Positions 53,991-64,000 of a stretch of 64,000 nucleotides of DNA are shown here, piece after piece. The DNA is from Rhodospirillales bacterium. GTDB taxonomy: Bacteria; Pseudomonadota; Alphaproteobacteria; SMXQ01. Made by a program: the position numbers and the translations under genes. Within the stretch, counting starts at the first letter, position 1. Every line of letters starts with the position of its first letter. The notes under the pieces were generated by a model. That model saw nothing but the letters and a program-made list of their open reading frames with translations, did not search any database and had not been told where the DNA came from. The stretch lies in assembly GCA_018666775.1 (NCBI GenBank), contig JABIXC010000007.1, forward strand, positions 190,015 to 254,014, in the 5' to 3' direction.

Positions 53991-54971
53991 ATGGAACCGC
54001 CAGAGCCAGAGCCAGAGATTAAGAACATGACATCAGAGGCCCCCGATTCGGAACCAACCGGCGATATTCCGGAAACAACCCTGTTGCTGCGCGCCATTCC
54101 AAAGGCGCTTCATCCCTACGCCCGCCTTGCCCGTCTTGACCGGCCCATTGGCACCTGGTTGTTGCTGTTTCCCTGTTGGTGGTCTTTAGCCCTTGCAGCC
54201 CCTGCACCACACCCTGACTGGCCGCTTGAGCAATTTGCCCTTTATGCGGTTTTGTTTGCCATCGGCGCATTGGTCATGCGCGGCGCGGGTTGCACTTATA
54301 ATGACATTATAGATCGTGATTTTGATGCCCAGGTTGCCCGCACCCGGGCCAGACCCATCCCATCGGGCGCGGTCACGGTCAAAGGGGCTGTTGTTTTCCT
54401 TTGCCTTCAATTGTTGCTGGGGCTTGGGGTTTTGATCACCTTCAATGGCTTCACCATCGGCCTTGGCATTGCATCTCTTGCCTTGATCTTTGCCTACCCT
54501 TTCATGAAACGCATCACCCATTGGCCTCAGGCCTTTTTGGGGCTGACCTTCAACTGGGGGGCGTTGTTGGGATATGCCGCCATCACCAATGAACTGGCAA
54601 TGCCTGCATACCTTCTTTACGCAGCCGGGTTTTTCTGGACGCTCGGATACGACACCATCTATGCCCACCAAGACAGGAACGATGATCTGATTGCAGGCAT
54701 CAAGTCTTTGGCACTGCGTCTGGATGCAAACACAAAACGCTGGTTGGTGGGTTTTTATGGCATGAGCCTTGCCCTGTTGGCGACGGCTGGGCATGCGGCC
54801 AATTTACACTGGGCATTTTATGTGATCGGGGCATTGGCCCTGATCCAGCTTTTATGGCAAGTGCTGGATATCCACACCGAAAGCCCCGGTGATTGCCTGC
54901 GTAAATTTAAATCGAACCGATTGTTTGGCTGGCTGGTATTGGCAGCCTTGATTGCCGGACAGGTGTTTTAG
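53991..54971 (+). CDS. ubiA: 4-hydroxybenzoate polyprenyltransferase
   Basis: RLDRPIGTWLL, GCTYNDIIDRDFDAQVARTRARP, YPFMKR, YDTIYAHQD. Confidence 0.95.
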   Translation: MEPPEPEPEIKNMTSEAPDSEPTGDIPETTLLLRAIPKALHPYARLARLDRPIGTWLLLFPCWWSLALAAPAPHPDWPLEQFALYAVLFAIGALVMRGAGCTYNDIIDRDFDAQVARTRARPIPSGAVTVKGAVVFLCLQLLLGLGVLITFNGFTIGLGIASLALIFAYPFMKRITHWPQAFLGLTFNWGALLGYAAITNELAMPAYLLYAAGFFWTLGYDTIYAHQDRNDDLIAGIKSLALRLDANTKRWLVGFYGMSLALLATAGHAANLHWAFYVIGALALIQLLWQVLDIHTESPGDCLRKFKSNRLFGWLVLAALIAGQVF

Positions 54972-55705
54972 GCCGTTTCTATAATTTCCATGCCTGAATG
55001 TTCAAAGCGGCGCGCGCCCTGGGCAAGGGCATCGGATCGGGCACGGCCCAGGGCTGCATCCTCAATGGATGCCATAATAAACGGGTCCAGCATTTCTTTT
55101 GGTGCCAAAACATCGCGCACCAGCCCATGCATTTCTTCCTGCGTCCGGGCGGAAAAAACCCGGCCCGAAGCCGGAACCTCTGCCAGAGAGATCGGCCCGC
55201 CATCATGAAGCAAACACCCCACCACCGAAATATAAGCAAACGCCACATCCAATTGACCGATGCCATCAACATCCATTTGGATGCCTGATAGTTTTGCATA
55301 GTGATAATTGATCCCGGGCTGTTCGGTCTTGTGCATGATTTGAAGGCAGTCTTTGTCTAGCCAGGTGATAAAGGTTGAAAGCCGTGTTCCAGGAGATGGG
55401 AACAGGGTTGCCGGGATTGATCCATAAGCGGTGACATGGGCGTTATAGACAGAATCAAAATCATGCACGTCTGCCCGGGTAACCGGGATCACCGTATCGG
55501 GGTGGTTGGTATATTTTCGCGCAAGCTGATCTGGTGCCGCATTTGATCCAGACGCAATAACCGGGATCAACCCGGCAACGTCTTCGGGGCACGGGGTCCA
55601 TTGCGTTTCGGTTCCCTTGGAAAAAAGATAGGACGCTTTGGGGTGTCCAAAAGGATAGGACTTGGCCCAAGCAAGGCGAAGCCCGTCTGGCGAAGCCCCC
55701 ATCAT
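54968..55705 (-). CDS. Hypothetical protein, possible gamma-glutamylcyclotransferase (GGCT/AIG2)-like fold
   Basis: PVIASGSNAAPDQLARKY resembles the GGCT YGSN loop; IMHKTEQPGINY resembles LDxxEG..Y. Confidence 0.6.
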   Translation of the reverse strand: MMGASPDGLRLAWAKSYPFGHPKASYLFSKGTETQWTPCPEDVAGLIPVIASGSNAAPDQLARKYTNHPDTVIPVTRADVHDFDSVYNAHVTAYGSIPATLFPSPGTRLSTFITWLDKDCLQIMHKTEQPGINYHYAKLSGIQMDVDGIGQLDVAFAYISVVGCLLHDGGPISLAEVPASGRVFSARTQEEMHGLVRDVLAPKEMLDPFIMASIEDAALGRARSDALAQGARRFEHSGMEIIETA

Positions 55706-56340
55706 TGCCGCCGAAAAGGCCCAAAGGTCACCGAAAACAACGCCCCCACAGTGCGCTTTCGAATAATGGCCGCAAGGCGGGGCGGCGTTTCCATAAGCAA
55801 AATTTCGTGAAATGCAGGATCGTGATTCCGGATCACCCCCCTGTAAAAGGACGAATTAACATAGTTGTAAATGGCACTGTCACTCATAAAGTAAAAGGCA
55901 ACCCCGTCTTTATCCCCAAACCGATACCGCGCAAAACGCCATACCGGGCCTGCTTTTTGATCAAAGCCCGGGCCACGAACGCCAATAATACGCTGGCCTG
56001 TAACATTGAAAAAATGCAGCTCAAACCGGGTATCCCTTTTTGCTGGCGCACCTGCGCCCGAGACTTTATTCGTCTCCGTAAACAACAGGTCCAAAATGGC
56101 ATCGTTCTTTTTGCTGATCCGGGCTGTGTATCCCGTGCCCAAAGACCCGCCGTGCCAGACCCCGACCAACCGTTGATCCACCGCAACACGGGTTTCTTCT
56201 GGCAAGGGATATTTTGATTCAGGTACGCAGGCGCTAAGCGCCATCGTGGCAACAACAACCAGAGAAACAAAAAATAATTGTCGGGTGGTCCGCAATGATG
56301 ACTTCACTGGCAACTCCCTCAATGGGCATAAAACCAGCAC
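55702..56340 (-). CDS. Hypothetical lipoprotein
   Basis: Lipobox LSAC, DQRLVGVW; stop overlaps the next gene's start. Confidence 0.7.
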   Translation of the reverse strand: MLVLCPLRELPVKSSLRTTRQLFFVSLVVVATMALSACVPESKYPLPEETRVAVDQRLVGVWHGGSLGTGYTARISKKNDAILDLLFTETNKVSGAGAPAKRDTRFELHFFNVTGQRIIGVRGPGFDQKAGPVWRFARYRFGDKDGVAFYFMSDSAIYNYVNSSFYRGVIRNHDPAFHEILLMETPPRLAAIIRKRTVGALFSVTFGPFRRQ

Positions 56341-56425
56341 GTCTATGCCAGCATGCCCATTATGGCAATTTTCTGGAAATAATCACAAGAACCGGCCTAA
56401 AAAAAATCAGGTTTTTTTATCGCCG

Positions 56426-56638
56426 TCAATAACCGGAGCAGCAGCTCATAGGCTCGGCATTGGCCTGATCAATAACAAAACGGGCATTGCACTGGTCCAC
56501 CCACTGCCAAGACAGCTGCGAGCTGGCCATTTCAGCCACCTCAAAGGTTTCATAAGACCCGACACGAACTTCATCTGATTTTAAATTTTCAAATTCAGTA
56601 CTGTCGTATTCACCGCCAACAACAAAATACTGTGTCAT
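56426..56638 (-). CDS. Small protein, DUF4170-like
   Basis: YFVVGGEY...VGSYETFEVA...VDQCNARFVI pattern. Confidence 0.6.
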   Translation of the reverse strand: MTQYFVVGGEYDSTEFENLKSDEVRVGSYETFEVAEMASSQLSWQWVDQCNARFVIDQANAEPMSCCSGY

Positions 56639-56749
56639 AATCTAACCCTCCATTTATTATATAGAACAGGTACAGACCACTTTCCCCGATTAGGGGCCTT
56701 ACCCGCAAAGGCTAGGGAAAAACCTTTAAAATGACGTAAAGTTTCAAAT

Positions 56750-58261
56750 ATGGCTTATTCTTGCTTGCGCGATTTCATAACGGCCCTTGAGAAAAAGGGC
56801 GATTTGGCACGGGTTTCAGCGCCGGTTTCCCCAAATCTGGAAATGACTGAAATCCAGAGCCGATTGATCCGTCAAGGCGGCCCAGCGGTGATCTATGAAA
56901 ACATCGCAGGGCCTGACGCCCCCTTTGAGACACCTTGGCCACGCCGGGTGCTGGCCAACCTGTTCGGCACCGAAGACCGAATTGCCTGGGCATTGGGCCG
57001 CGAAGTGGCAGACCTGCCTGCCCTTGGCAAAATGCTGGCGGTTCTGGACCAACCGGGCATGCCTGAAAATCTGGATCAGGTAAAGGCATTATGGCCGGCC
57101 TTTAAATCTGCAACCAATGTCCGACCAAAAGTAATTTCATCCCCCCCCTGCCAGGACGTGGTGATCCGGGGTGATAAAATTGATCTTTCTAAATTGCCGA
57201 TCCAAACGTGCTGGCCGGGGGAACCCGCCCCCCTGATCACCTGGCCATTGGTCGTCACCAAGGCGCCTGAGGGCGATGGCCGGGATGCAAACCTTGGCAT
57301 TTATCGCATGCAGGTTTTAGGGCGTGACAAAACATGCATGCGCTGGCTTTCAAAACGGGGTGGGGCCAGCCATTTCAAGGCTTGGCAAGATGCAGGCCTG
57401 GGTCCCATGCCAGCGGCCGCCGTCATCGGCGCCGATCCCGCCACCACCATTGCCGCCGTCACACCGGTGCCTGAAAAAATTTCCGAATATGCCTATGCCG
57501 GATTGCTGCGGGGAAGCCGAACCCAATTGGCAAAATGCGTCACCGTGCCCCTGATGGTGCCAGCGAATGCCGAAATTGTCATTGAAGGCCATGTGTCCTT
57601 AAGTGAAACAGCCAAGGAAGGCCCTTATGGCGATCACACGGGATATTACAATTCAGTGGAACCCTTTCCCGTCTTTACCGTGTCTGCCATCACCATGCGC
57701 AAAGACCCCATTTATCTGACCACCTATACCGGACGCCCGCCCGATGAACCATCGGTTTTGGCGCAAGGATTGGGGGCCATCTTTACCCCCATGATCCAAA
57801 GACGCATCCCTGCCATTACAGATTTTCATCTGCCGCCAGAGGCCTGCTCTTACCGAATTGCCGTGGTCTCTATCAACAAGTCCGAACCCGGATTGGCCCA
57901 AAAGGTCATGAATGATATCTGGTCGGCCTTGCCTCAATTCATGTTCACCAAGATGATTATTGTCGTCGATGACGATATTGATATCCGAAACTGGGCCGAT
58001 GTCATGTGGGCGGTTGCCACCCGTATGGACCCGGTCCGTGATATCACCTTGATTAAAGACAGCCCCATTGATTATCTGGATTTTGCATCCCCCATTGCCG
58101 GGCGGGGCGGCAAGGCAGGACTGGATGCCACCAACAAAATAGGCGCGGAAACTACCCGTGAATGGGGAAAGCCGCTCAATATGGCAGAAGACATCGTTGC
58201 AGAAGTAACGCGGAAATGGGCCGATTATGGCTTGGATGACCCGGATCAGGAATCAGATTAA
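56750..58261 (+). CDS. ubiD: UbiD-family prFMN-dependent decarboxylase
   Basis: NLGIYRMQV, MRWL..RGG, EGPYGDHTGYYN, TYTGRPPDEP, FTKMIIVVDDD, GLDATNK. Confidence 0.92.
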   Translation: MAYSCLRDFITALEKKGDLARVSAPVSPNLEMTEIQSRLIRQGGPAVIYENIAGPDAPFETPWPRRVLANLFGTEDRIAWALGREVADLPALGKMLAVLDQPGMPENLDQVKALWPAFKSATNVRPKVISSPPCQDVVIRGDKIDLSKLPIQTCWPGEPAPLITWPLVVTKAPEGDGRDANLGIYRMQVLGRDKTCMRWLSKRGGASHFKAWQDAGLGPMPAAAVIGADPATTIAAVTPVPEKISEYAYAGLLRGSRTQLAKCVTVPLMVPANAEIVIEGHVSLSETAKEGPYGDHTGYYNSVEPFPVFTVSAITMRKDPIYLTTYTGRPPDEPSVLAQGLGAIFTPMIQRRIPAITDFHLPPEACSYRIAVVSINKSEPGLAQKVMNDIWSALPQFMFTKMIIVVDDDIDIRNWADVMWAVATRMDPVRDITLIKDSPIDYLDFASPIAGRGGKAGLDATNKIGAETTREWGKPLNMAEDIVAEVTRKWADYGLDDPDQESD

Positions 58262-59548
58262 AAACTGCGTGGCCAATAACGCAAGGCTACAAATAGCCCC
58301 AAGGGGCGGTACCCACAAAGGCACATGAAACGTTCCGGGACCGGGCACTTCCACCCGCTTGGTTGTTCGATGTAATTTCCAAAGCGCACAATTCACCACC
58401 GTAAAGACAAACAGATTAACCGCGCTGGTCAGGGTCACAAGACCAACAAAATTGATGACGCCTGCAACGCCTGCAACCGCTGCACCCGATACCAGGGTCG
58501 CAAAAAGCGGCGTGCGCGTGCGGGCATTAACATGGCCAAACACGGACGGCACCCATCCCCGTCTTGCCATGCCATAAAGAATACGCGCCAGCATCACCAA
58601 GGTGATCAAAATACCATTGGGCACTGCGATCAGGGCGATGACAGAAAGCGTGCCAGATGGCACCCATGACACCCCCTCGACAATCAGCTCCAGCGGCGCG
58701 CGTGAACCCGCAAGCTTTTCCATGGGCACCGCCGTCACGGCCACCAAAGCAATGATGCCGTAAATCACGGTGGTGATCAGAATGGTCAGCAAAATTGCCC
58801 GGGGCAAAACCCGCCTTGCATCAGAGGTTTCTTCCGCCATGTTGACGATGTCTTCAAACCCTAGAAAAGCAAAGAAAGCTAGAAAAGTCCCAAGGGCAAT
58901 GCCTGATGCCACAGCAGAAGACGTCGGCATCATGGCTGGGACGATATCGGGCAAATGGATCAACATGGGCACCCCGGCGATGACCACAATGACAAGCCCC
59001 AGAATTTCCACCAACGTCATGATGGCCGCTGTCTTGACCGAAGACCCAACCCCGATACAGGCAATCACGGTGAACCCCGCCACTAGCGCCAGGGCAGCGG
59101 GTAGCTCCGCCACCTCGATAAACCGATTGAGATAGCCCACAGCACCCCGGGAAAGACTGGCCGCCAAAAAAACACCCACAGCCACCACACAAAACCCGAT
59201 CAACCGCGACAGGGCATCGGACCCGAAGGCTTCTCTGACATAGACGGCAGCACCGGCGGCTTCGGGATAGCGCACAGATAGTTCCGCATAAGAAAGTCCC
59301 GTCAATCCCGCCAAAACCCCTGCCAGAACGAATGAAACCGGAGTCGCAAATCCAGCCACGTCCGCAACAGCCCCCACCAGAACATAAATGCCCGCACCGA
59401 TTATGCCGCCGAGCCCATAAAGCACCAGCAACCACAGCCCCAGAACCCGACGTAATGCGGGCCCCCGGGATGGATTAGAAAGATTATTTGCAGCCTTAAC
59501 CGATGTCATCATCCCGCCTTGATAGCACGAAGCGAGGTTCAGGCACAC
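58253..59548 (-). CDS. APC-family amino acid permease
   Basis: YGLGGIIGAGIYVLVG, SYAELSVRYPEAAGAAVYV, FFAFLGFEDIVNMAEE. Confidence 0.92.
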   Translation of the reverse strand: MCLNLASCYQGGMMTSVKAANNLSNPSRGPALRRVLGLWLLVLYGLGGIIGAGIYVLVGAVADVAGFATPVSFVLAGVLAGLTGLSYAELSVRYPEAAGAAVYVREAFGSDALSRLIGFCVVAVGVFLAASLSRGAVGYLNRFIEVAELPAALALVAGFTVIACIGVGSSVKTAAIMTLVEILGLVIVVIAGVPMLIHLPDIVPAMMPTSSAVASGIALGTFLAFFAFLGFEDIVNMAEETSDARRVLPRAILLTILITTVIYGIIALVAVTAVPMEKLAGSRAPLELIVEGVSWVPSGTLSVIALIAVPNGILITLVMLARILYGMARRGWVPSVFGHVNARTRTPLFATLVSGAAVAGVAGVINFVGLVTLTSAVNLFVFTVVNCALWKLHRTTKRVEVPGPGTFHVPLWVPPLGAICSLALLATQFLI

Positions 59549-59625
59549 GACACCCCTTACCCCCTTCTTAAAACCTGCATGCTTTCTTTCTTTATGAACG
59601 GCCAGGGATTCCCTATAAAGCCTCC

Positions 59626-60963
59626 ATGGATAAAAACCGCACCAACCTGCTTAATGATCTGATCGACCGCGCCAAAAAACTTGGCGCAGACGCAGCGGAT
59701 GCTGTCTTGTTTGATTCAATCGCCTTGGAACACACCCATCGTCTAGGCCGCACCGAAGGCATCACCCGTGCTGAATCCAGCGATCTTGGCCTTCGCGTGC
59801 TGGTTGGCGAGCGCCAAGCCATGGCGGCTTCAACGGACCTCAGCCCAGATGCACTGGACCAATTGGCCGCACAAGCCGTTGCCATGGCCAAAAATGCGCT
59901 GGATGACCCTTGGTGTGGGCTGGCGGACCCGGGTGCCCTTGCAAAAGATATTCCTGATCTGGACACCTTGGATGCAGAAGAGCCAACCCCTGAAATTTTA
60001 CAACAACGCGCCGCATGTGCCGAAGATGCGGCACGGGCCATCAAAGGGGTGACCAATTCCGAAGGTGCCGAAGCCGGATGGTCACGAACCAATGTCGCGC
60101 TCTCGGCTTCCAATGGATTTTCTGGTGCTTACGCCGTCACCGGGCACAGCGTTGCTGTTTCTGTGTTGGCCGGTGAAGGCACCGACATGCAACGCGATTA
60201 TGATTATGACCAAGCCTGCTTTGGTGCCGACCTGCGTGATGGGGCCGCCATTGGAAAACGGGCCGGTGAGCGTGCCGTGGCCCGGCTGAACCCCCGTAAA
60301 ATGGCCACCGCCGAAGTTCCTGTTATTTTTGACAACCGTGTGTCCGGCAGTTTGTTGCGGGCCTTTGCCGGGGCCATTTCCGGCCCATCGGTTGCGCGGG
60401 GCACCAGTTTTCTAAAAGACAAACTAAACGAAAAAATATTCAGCGACGGCATTAACATTATCGATGACCCAAGACGAAAGCGGGGGCACCGTTCCAAACC
60501 ATTTGATGGCGAAGGCGTTGGCACCACGCGACAGGCATGGGTCAACGATGGCGTTCTTGAAAGCTGGATTATGGATTGCGCATCGGCCCGGCAATTGGGG
60601 CTCACCACCACCGGCAATGCGGCGCGCGGCACGTCTTCCCCACCTTCCCCTTCCCCCACCAACCTGTACATGGAAGCCGGTGAAACCGATGTTGCCGCTT
60701 TGATTGCCGATATTGAACAGGGCTTTTTGGTCACAGAATTAATGGGCATGGGGGTTAATGGCGTCACCGGCGATTATTCCCAGGGTGCTGCTGGGTGCTG
60801 GATTGAAAATGGCGAAATTGCTTTCCCGGTAAGCGAGTTGACCGTTGCGGCAAACCTTAAAGACATGTTTTTGGCAATGACGCCCGCCAATGATCTTGTG
60901 TTTCGCACTGGCACCGACGCCCCCAGCCTGCGCATTGAAGGCATGTGCGTCGCCGGAGCCTGA
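59626..60963 (+). CDS. pmbA: PmbA/TldE metalloprotease partner
   Basis: SDLGLRVLVG, RGTSFLKDKL, PFDGEG, GVNGVTGDYSQGAAG, PSLRIEGM; no HExxxH. Confidence 0.93.
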   Translation: MDKNRTNLLNDLIDRAKKLGADAADAVLFDSIALEHTHRLGRTEGITRAESSDLGLRVLVGERQAMAASTDLSPDALDQLAAQAVAMAKNALDDPWCGLADPGALAKDIPDLDTLDAEEPTPEILQQRAACAEDAARAIKGVTNSEGAEAGWSRTNVALSASNGFSGAYAVTGHSVAVSVLAGEGTDMQRDYDYDQACFGADLRDGAAIGKRAGERAVARLNPRKMATAEVPVIFDNRVSGSLLRAFAGAISGPSVARGTSFLKDKLNEKIFSDGINIIDDPRRKRGHRSKPFDGEGVGTTRQAWVNDGVLESWIMDCASARQLGLTTTGNAARGTSSPPSPSPTNLYMEAGETDVAALIADIEQGFLVTELMGMGVNGVTGDYSQGAAGCWIENGEIAFPVSELTVAANLKDMFLAMTPANDLVFRTGTDAPSLRIEGMCVAGA

Positions 60964-61081
60964 AGGGGTGCAATGGCGCTGGTCACGGGAATCTGGGTCA
61001 TGGTATGGTTTTTTTAGGACAAAATTGCCCTGAACACAGCGAAACCCGAATAAACGTAGGCCGTAAAAGGATTACCGAGGC

Positions 61082-62902
61082 TTGACTAAAACGCCAGAAA
61101 ACAGCGAAAACAGCGAAAACAGCAAGCCGGTCGCGCTTTCAACACGCCAGTTGATGGGACGGTTGTGGCGCGAGCATATCCGGGCCTATACCGTCAAGCT
61201 TGGGTTCGCCCTTGTCTGTATGGCGCTGGTGGGCGCCACCACTGCATCCATCGCCTACATCATGAAGCCGGTCATCGACGATATTTTTGTCGCTCGGGAT
61301 CAGGCCATGCTGCCCATCGTTGCCACCATGATCATGGTCATTTTCATCCTCAAAGGGCTGGCCACATATGGCCAATCGGTGTTGATGACCTATGTCGGTC
61401 AACGGGTCATCGCCGATGTCCAGATCCGCATGTTCGGGCACTTGATGAAAGCAGACATCGCTTTCTTTCAGACAAACCACACGGGGCGGCTAATCTCTCG
61501 CTTCACCAATGACGTCAATCGCCTGAACGGGGCCGCATCACACGTCTTCATCGGTTTTGGTAAAGATTTTCTGACCCTGATTTTTCTGGTCATTGTCATG
61601 TTTGAACGCGATTGGTTTCTGGCAATTTGTTCCTTCTTTATTTTCCCACTCGCCGTCGTTCCCATCGTCAAGATCGGGCGACGCATGCGCCGGGTTTCAA
61701 CCGATGCCCAGGTTCAATGGGGGAACCTGACAACGCTGTTAAATGAAACCTTCACCGGAGCGCGCCACGTCAAGGCTTATGGCATGGAACAGTACGAAAC
61801 TACCCGGGTCAGCGACACCATCAACGACATTTTCAGGCTCAACTATAAGGCTGGCATTGCCCGCGCCATTTCCCACCCCATCATGGAAACCCTGGGTGGC
61901 ACGGCTGTGATGGTGGTCATTCTCTATGGCGGCTGGCAAGTCATTGATGGCGGCAGAACCGCAGGCGATCTGATGTCTTTCATCACCGCCTTGTTGCTTG
62001 CCTATGAACCGGTAAAGCGACTTTCTGCCATGAATGCCAATTTACAAGAAGGCATGGCGGCAACGCAACGCATATACGAATTGCTGGACACCAAGGCCGA
62101 GATCGTGAACAGCAAAGACGCAACCGAGCTAACCGTCAATGACGGGGCCATCACCTTCAAAGACATTTCCTTTTCTTACGAACCTGACCAACCGGCGGTA
62201 CAAAACATCAGCCTAAATATTCCCGCTGGCAAGACCGTGGCACTGGTAGGGCCATCGGGAGGCGGCAAATCAACCTTGTTGAATTTGATCCCCCGGTTTT
62301 TTGATGTCGGCTCAGGGGCGGTTCTAATCGATGGCACGGATGTCAGGGATGTTACCCTTAAAAGCCTTCGCGCAAATATCGCGCTGGTGTCCCAGGAAAT
62401 CAGTTTGTTCAACGATACCATTGCTGCCAACCTTGCCTATGGGAACCCCGATGTTCCCCGCGAAGCAATCGAGCAAGCCGCACGCACGGCTGCTGCATAT
62501 GACTTCATTAAAGCCCTGCCTGATGGATTTGACACCATGGTCGGCGAACGGGGGCTTTCCCTTTCTGGCGGGCAGCGACAACGCATTGCCATTGCCCGCG
62601 CCCTTTTAAAAGACGCCCCCATCTTGTTGCTTGATGAGGCAACATCGGCGCTTGATTCCGAATCTGAACGCCAAGTGCAGGCAGGTCTGGACCGCTTGAT
62701 GGAAGGCCGCACATCTTTGGTGATTGCCCACCGCCTGCCGACCATCGCAAACGCCGACCTGATCTGCTACCTTCAAGATGGCAAAATCATTGAAACCGGG
62801 ACCCATCAGGAACTTATGAACCAAAACAGTGCCTATGCCAGACTTTACAACATCCAGTTTAAAGGCCCCGCAACTGCTGAACCGGCCAAAACAGAGATTT
62901 AG
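61082..62902 (+). CDS. msbA: MsbA-like lipid A flippase ABC transporter (TTG start)
   Basis: 6-TM domain, GPSGGGKST, LSGGQRQRIAIARA, LLLDEATSALD, IAHRL; adjacent to waaA. Confidence 0.85.
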   Translation: MTKTPENSENSENSKPVALSTRQLMGRLWREHIRAYTVKLGFALVCMALVGATTASIAYIMKPVIDDIFVARDQAMLPIVATMIMVIFILKGLATYGQSVLMTYVGQRVIADVQIRMFGHLMKADIAFFQTNHTGRLISRFTNDVNRLNGAASHVFIGFGKDFLTLIFLVIVMFERDWFLAICSFFIFPLAVVPIVKIGRRMRRVSTDAQVQWGNLTTLLNETFTGARHVKAYGMEQYETTRVSDTINDIFRLNYKAGIARAISHPIMETLGGTAVMVVILYGGWQVIDGGRTAGDLMSFITALLLAYEPVKRLSAMNANLQEGMAATQRIYELLDTKAEIVNSKDATELTVNDGAITFKDISFSYEPDQPAVQNISLNIPAGKTVALVGPSGGGKSTLLNLIPRFFDVGSGAVLIDGTDVRDVTLKSLRANIALVSQEISLFNDTIAANLAYGNPDVPREAIEQAARTAAAYDFIKALPDGFDTMVGERGLSLSGGQRQRIAIARALLKDAPILLLDEATSALDSESERQVQAGLDRLMEGRTSLVIAHRLPTIANADLICYLQDGKIIETGTHQELMNQNSAYARLYNIQFKGPATAEPAKTEI

Positions 62903-62906
62903 CGTC

Positions 62907-64000
62907 ATGGCAGTGAAAAAAACGAAATCACCTCCGGCATTTGGACACGCGCTATTCGGACGTGGCGGCCCCATTGGAACCCTTTATGCATTCCTGACCA
63001 CCATCGGCGGTCCCTTGGTGGAATTGCTGCTGCGCAAACGGCTGAAACGGGGGCGCGAAGATGCAGATCGTCTCAATGAACGCCGCGGGATCGCAGGCCT
63101 GCCCCGCCCCAAAGGCCCACTGGTCTGGATTCATGCCGCCAGCATCGGCGAGGCCCTTTCCGTGATGCGGCTGGTTGAACGGTTGCTGGAACGCTATCCC
63201 GCCCTGAACATTCTGGTGACCACGGGAACCGTTACGTCTGCACGGTTGCTGGGAGAACGATTGCCCGAACGTGCCCTGCACCAATACGTGCCGGTTGACC
63301 GCCTGCCCTGGGTGCGCCGGTTTCTCGACCACTGGCATCCAGACACCGCCTTCTGGGTGGAATCGGAATTATGGCCCAATCTAGTTCTGGAAACCCAGAC
63401 CCGGGGCATTCCCATGGTGTTGCTGAATGCCAGAATGTCTGTCCATTCCTTTGCTCGCTGGCGCCGCCTGCCGGGCTTCATAAGGCCTTTAATGAAAGGC
63501 TTTTCTGCCGTGCTGGCACAAGATGAAATTGAGGCCGGGCGGCTGATTGAACTGGGGGCCGATCCCGTTCTGACCCCGGGCAACCTTAAGTTCGCTGCAA
63601 CCTTATTGCCCGCCGACACCGATGCCTTGGCTGCCTTGAAGGACAGGATCAATGACCGCCCCTGCTGGGTTGCGGCATCGACCCATGAAGGCGAAGAAGA
63701 AATCGCGACCTATGTCCATAACCGTCTGGCAGACGACAACAAAGGGCTGCTGACCATTATCATTCCCCGCCACCCGGCGCGTGGGGTGGCCATTGCTGCA
63801 AAACTATCCCGGGCTGGCAACACCGTGGCACTGCGCAGTGCAAATCAGGCCATCACGCCAGACACCGGCATCTATATTGCCGATACCCTCGGCGAATTGG
63901 GGCTATTTTACCGCCTCTCCGGCATTGCTTTGGTCGGCGGTTCTTTGATCCCCCATGGGGGCCAGAACCTGCTTGAACCTGCCCGCCTTGACTGTGCCAT
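62907..64000 (+). CDS. waaA: 3-deoxy-D-manno-octulosonic acid transferase (partial, runs off window; absent from ORF track)
   Basis: From ATG 62907: ...RLKRGREDADRLNERRG...LVWIHAASIGE...LVTTGTVTS...HQYVPVD...ESELWPNL...GNLKF...AASTHEGEE...IIPRHPARG...ADTLGELG...GGSL...GGQN. Confidence 0.95.
   Translation, partial: MAVKKTKSPPAFGHALFGRGGPIGTLYAFLTTIGGPLVELLLRKRLKRGREDADRLNERRGIAGLPRPKGPLVWIHAASIGEALSVMRLVERLLERYPALNILVTTGTVTSARLLGERLPERALHQYVPVDRLPWVRRFLDHWHPDTAFWVESELWPNLVLETQTRGIPMVLLNARMSVHSFARWRRLPGFIRPLMKGFSAVLAQDEIEAGRLIELGADPVLTPGNLKFAATLLPADTDALAALKDRINDRPCWVAASTHEGEEEIATYVHNRLADDNKGLLTIIIPRHPARGVAIAAKLSRAGNTVALRSANQAITPDTGIYIADTLGELGLFYRLSGIALVGGSLIPHGGQNLLEPARLDCA

Noticed and set aside
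61097-61123. Perfect GAAAACAGC x3 repeat in the msbA 5' end (also QKA-like repeats at the GNAT C-terminus)
   Set aside because: 9-bp in-frame unit in a disordered terminus; copy-number change would not shift the frame.

Overview
Mostly core-genome DNA of an alphaproteobacterium. The ccrM-mutY-dciA-dsbA-smc-atp(F0) block, the split gcvPA/gcvPB and the coxB-coxA-ctaB-ctaG-coxC-surf1-thrC-M16 operon point to a Rhodospirillales-like lineage (inference). The left edge holds the end of an IS30-family element (transposase missed by the ORF track) just downstream of tRNA-Gln(UUG). Next come three consecutive same-strand genes that all begin with the same PodJ-type N-terminal motif: a minimal protein, a coiled-coil protein with a MinD-like membrane-targeting tail, and a TM+SEL1+peptidoglycan-binding protein. 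This trio is the best candidate for an undescribed system. Other notable points: ispE appears to need a non-canonical start codon (ATT/CTG); a NavAb-type voltage-gated sodium channel (filter TLESWSM); a TIGR04282/TIGR04283-like glycosyltransferase pair divergent from a PA0069-type radical SAM gene; five GANTC sites in 74 bp of the ccrM promoter; a tandem glycine riboswitch; tandem Fur-like boxes at a peroxiredoxin promoter; an unannotated 43-aa ORF in the cox operon; a 20-bp duplication of the gshA 3' end; and a possible gamma-glutamylcyclotransferase-fold protein near gshA. No CRISPR array, rRNA, prophage or defence system was seen. All family assignments come from motif recognition by eye, not from database searches.
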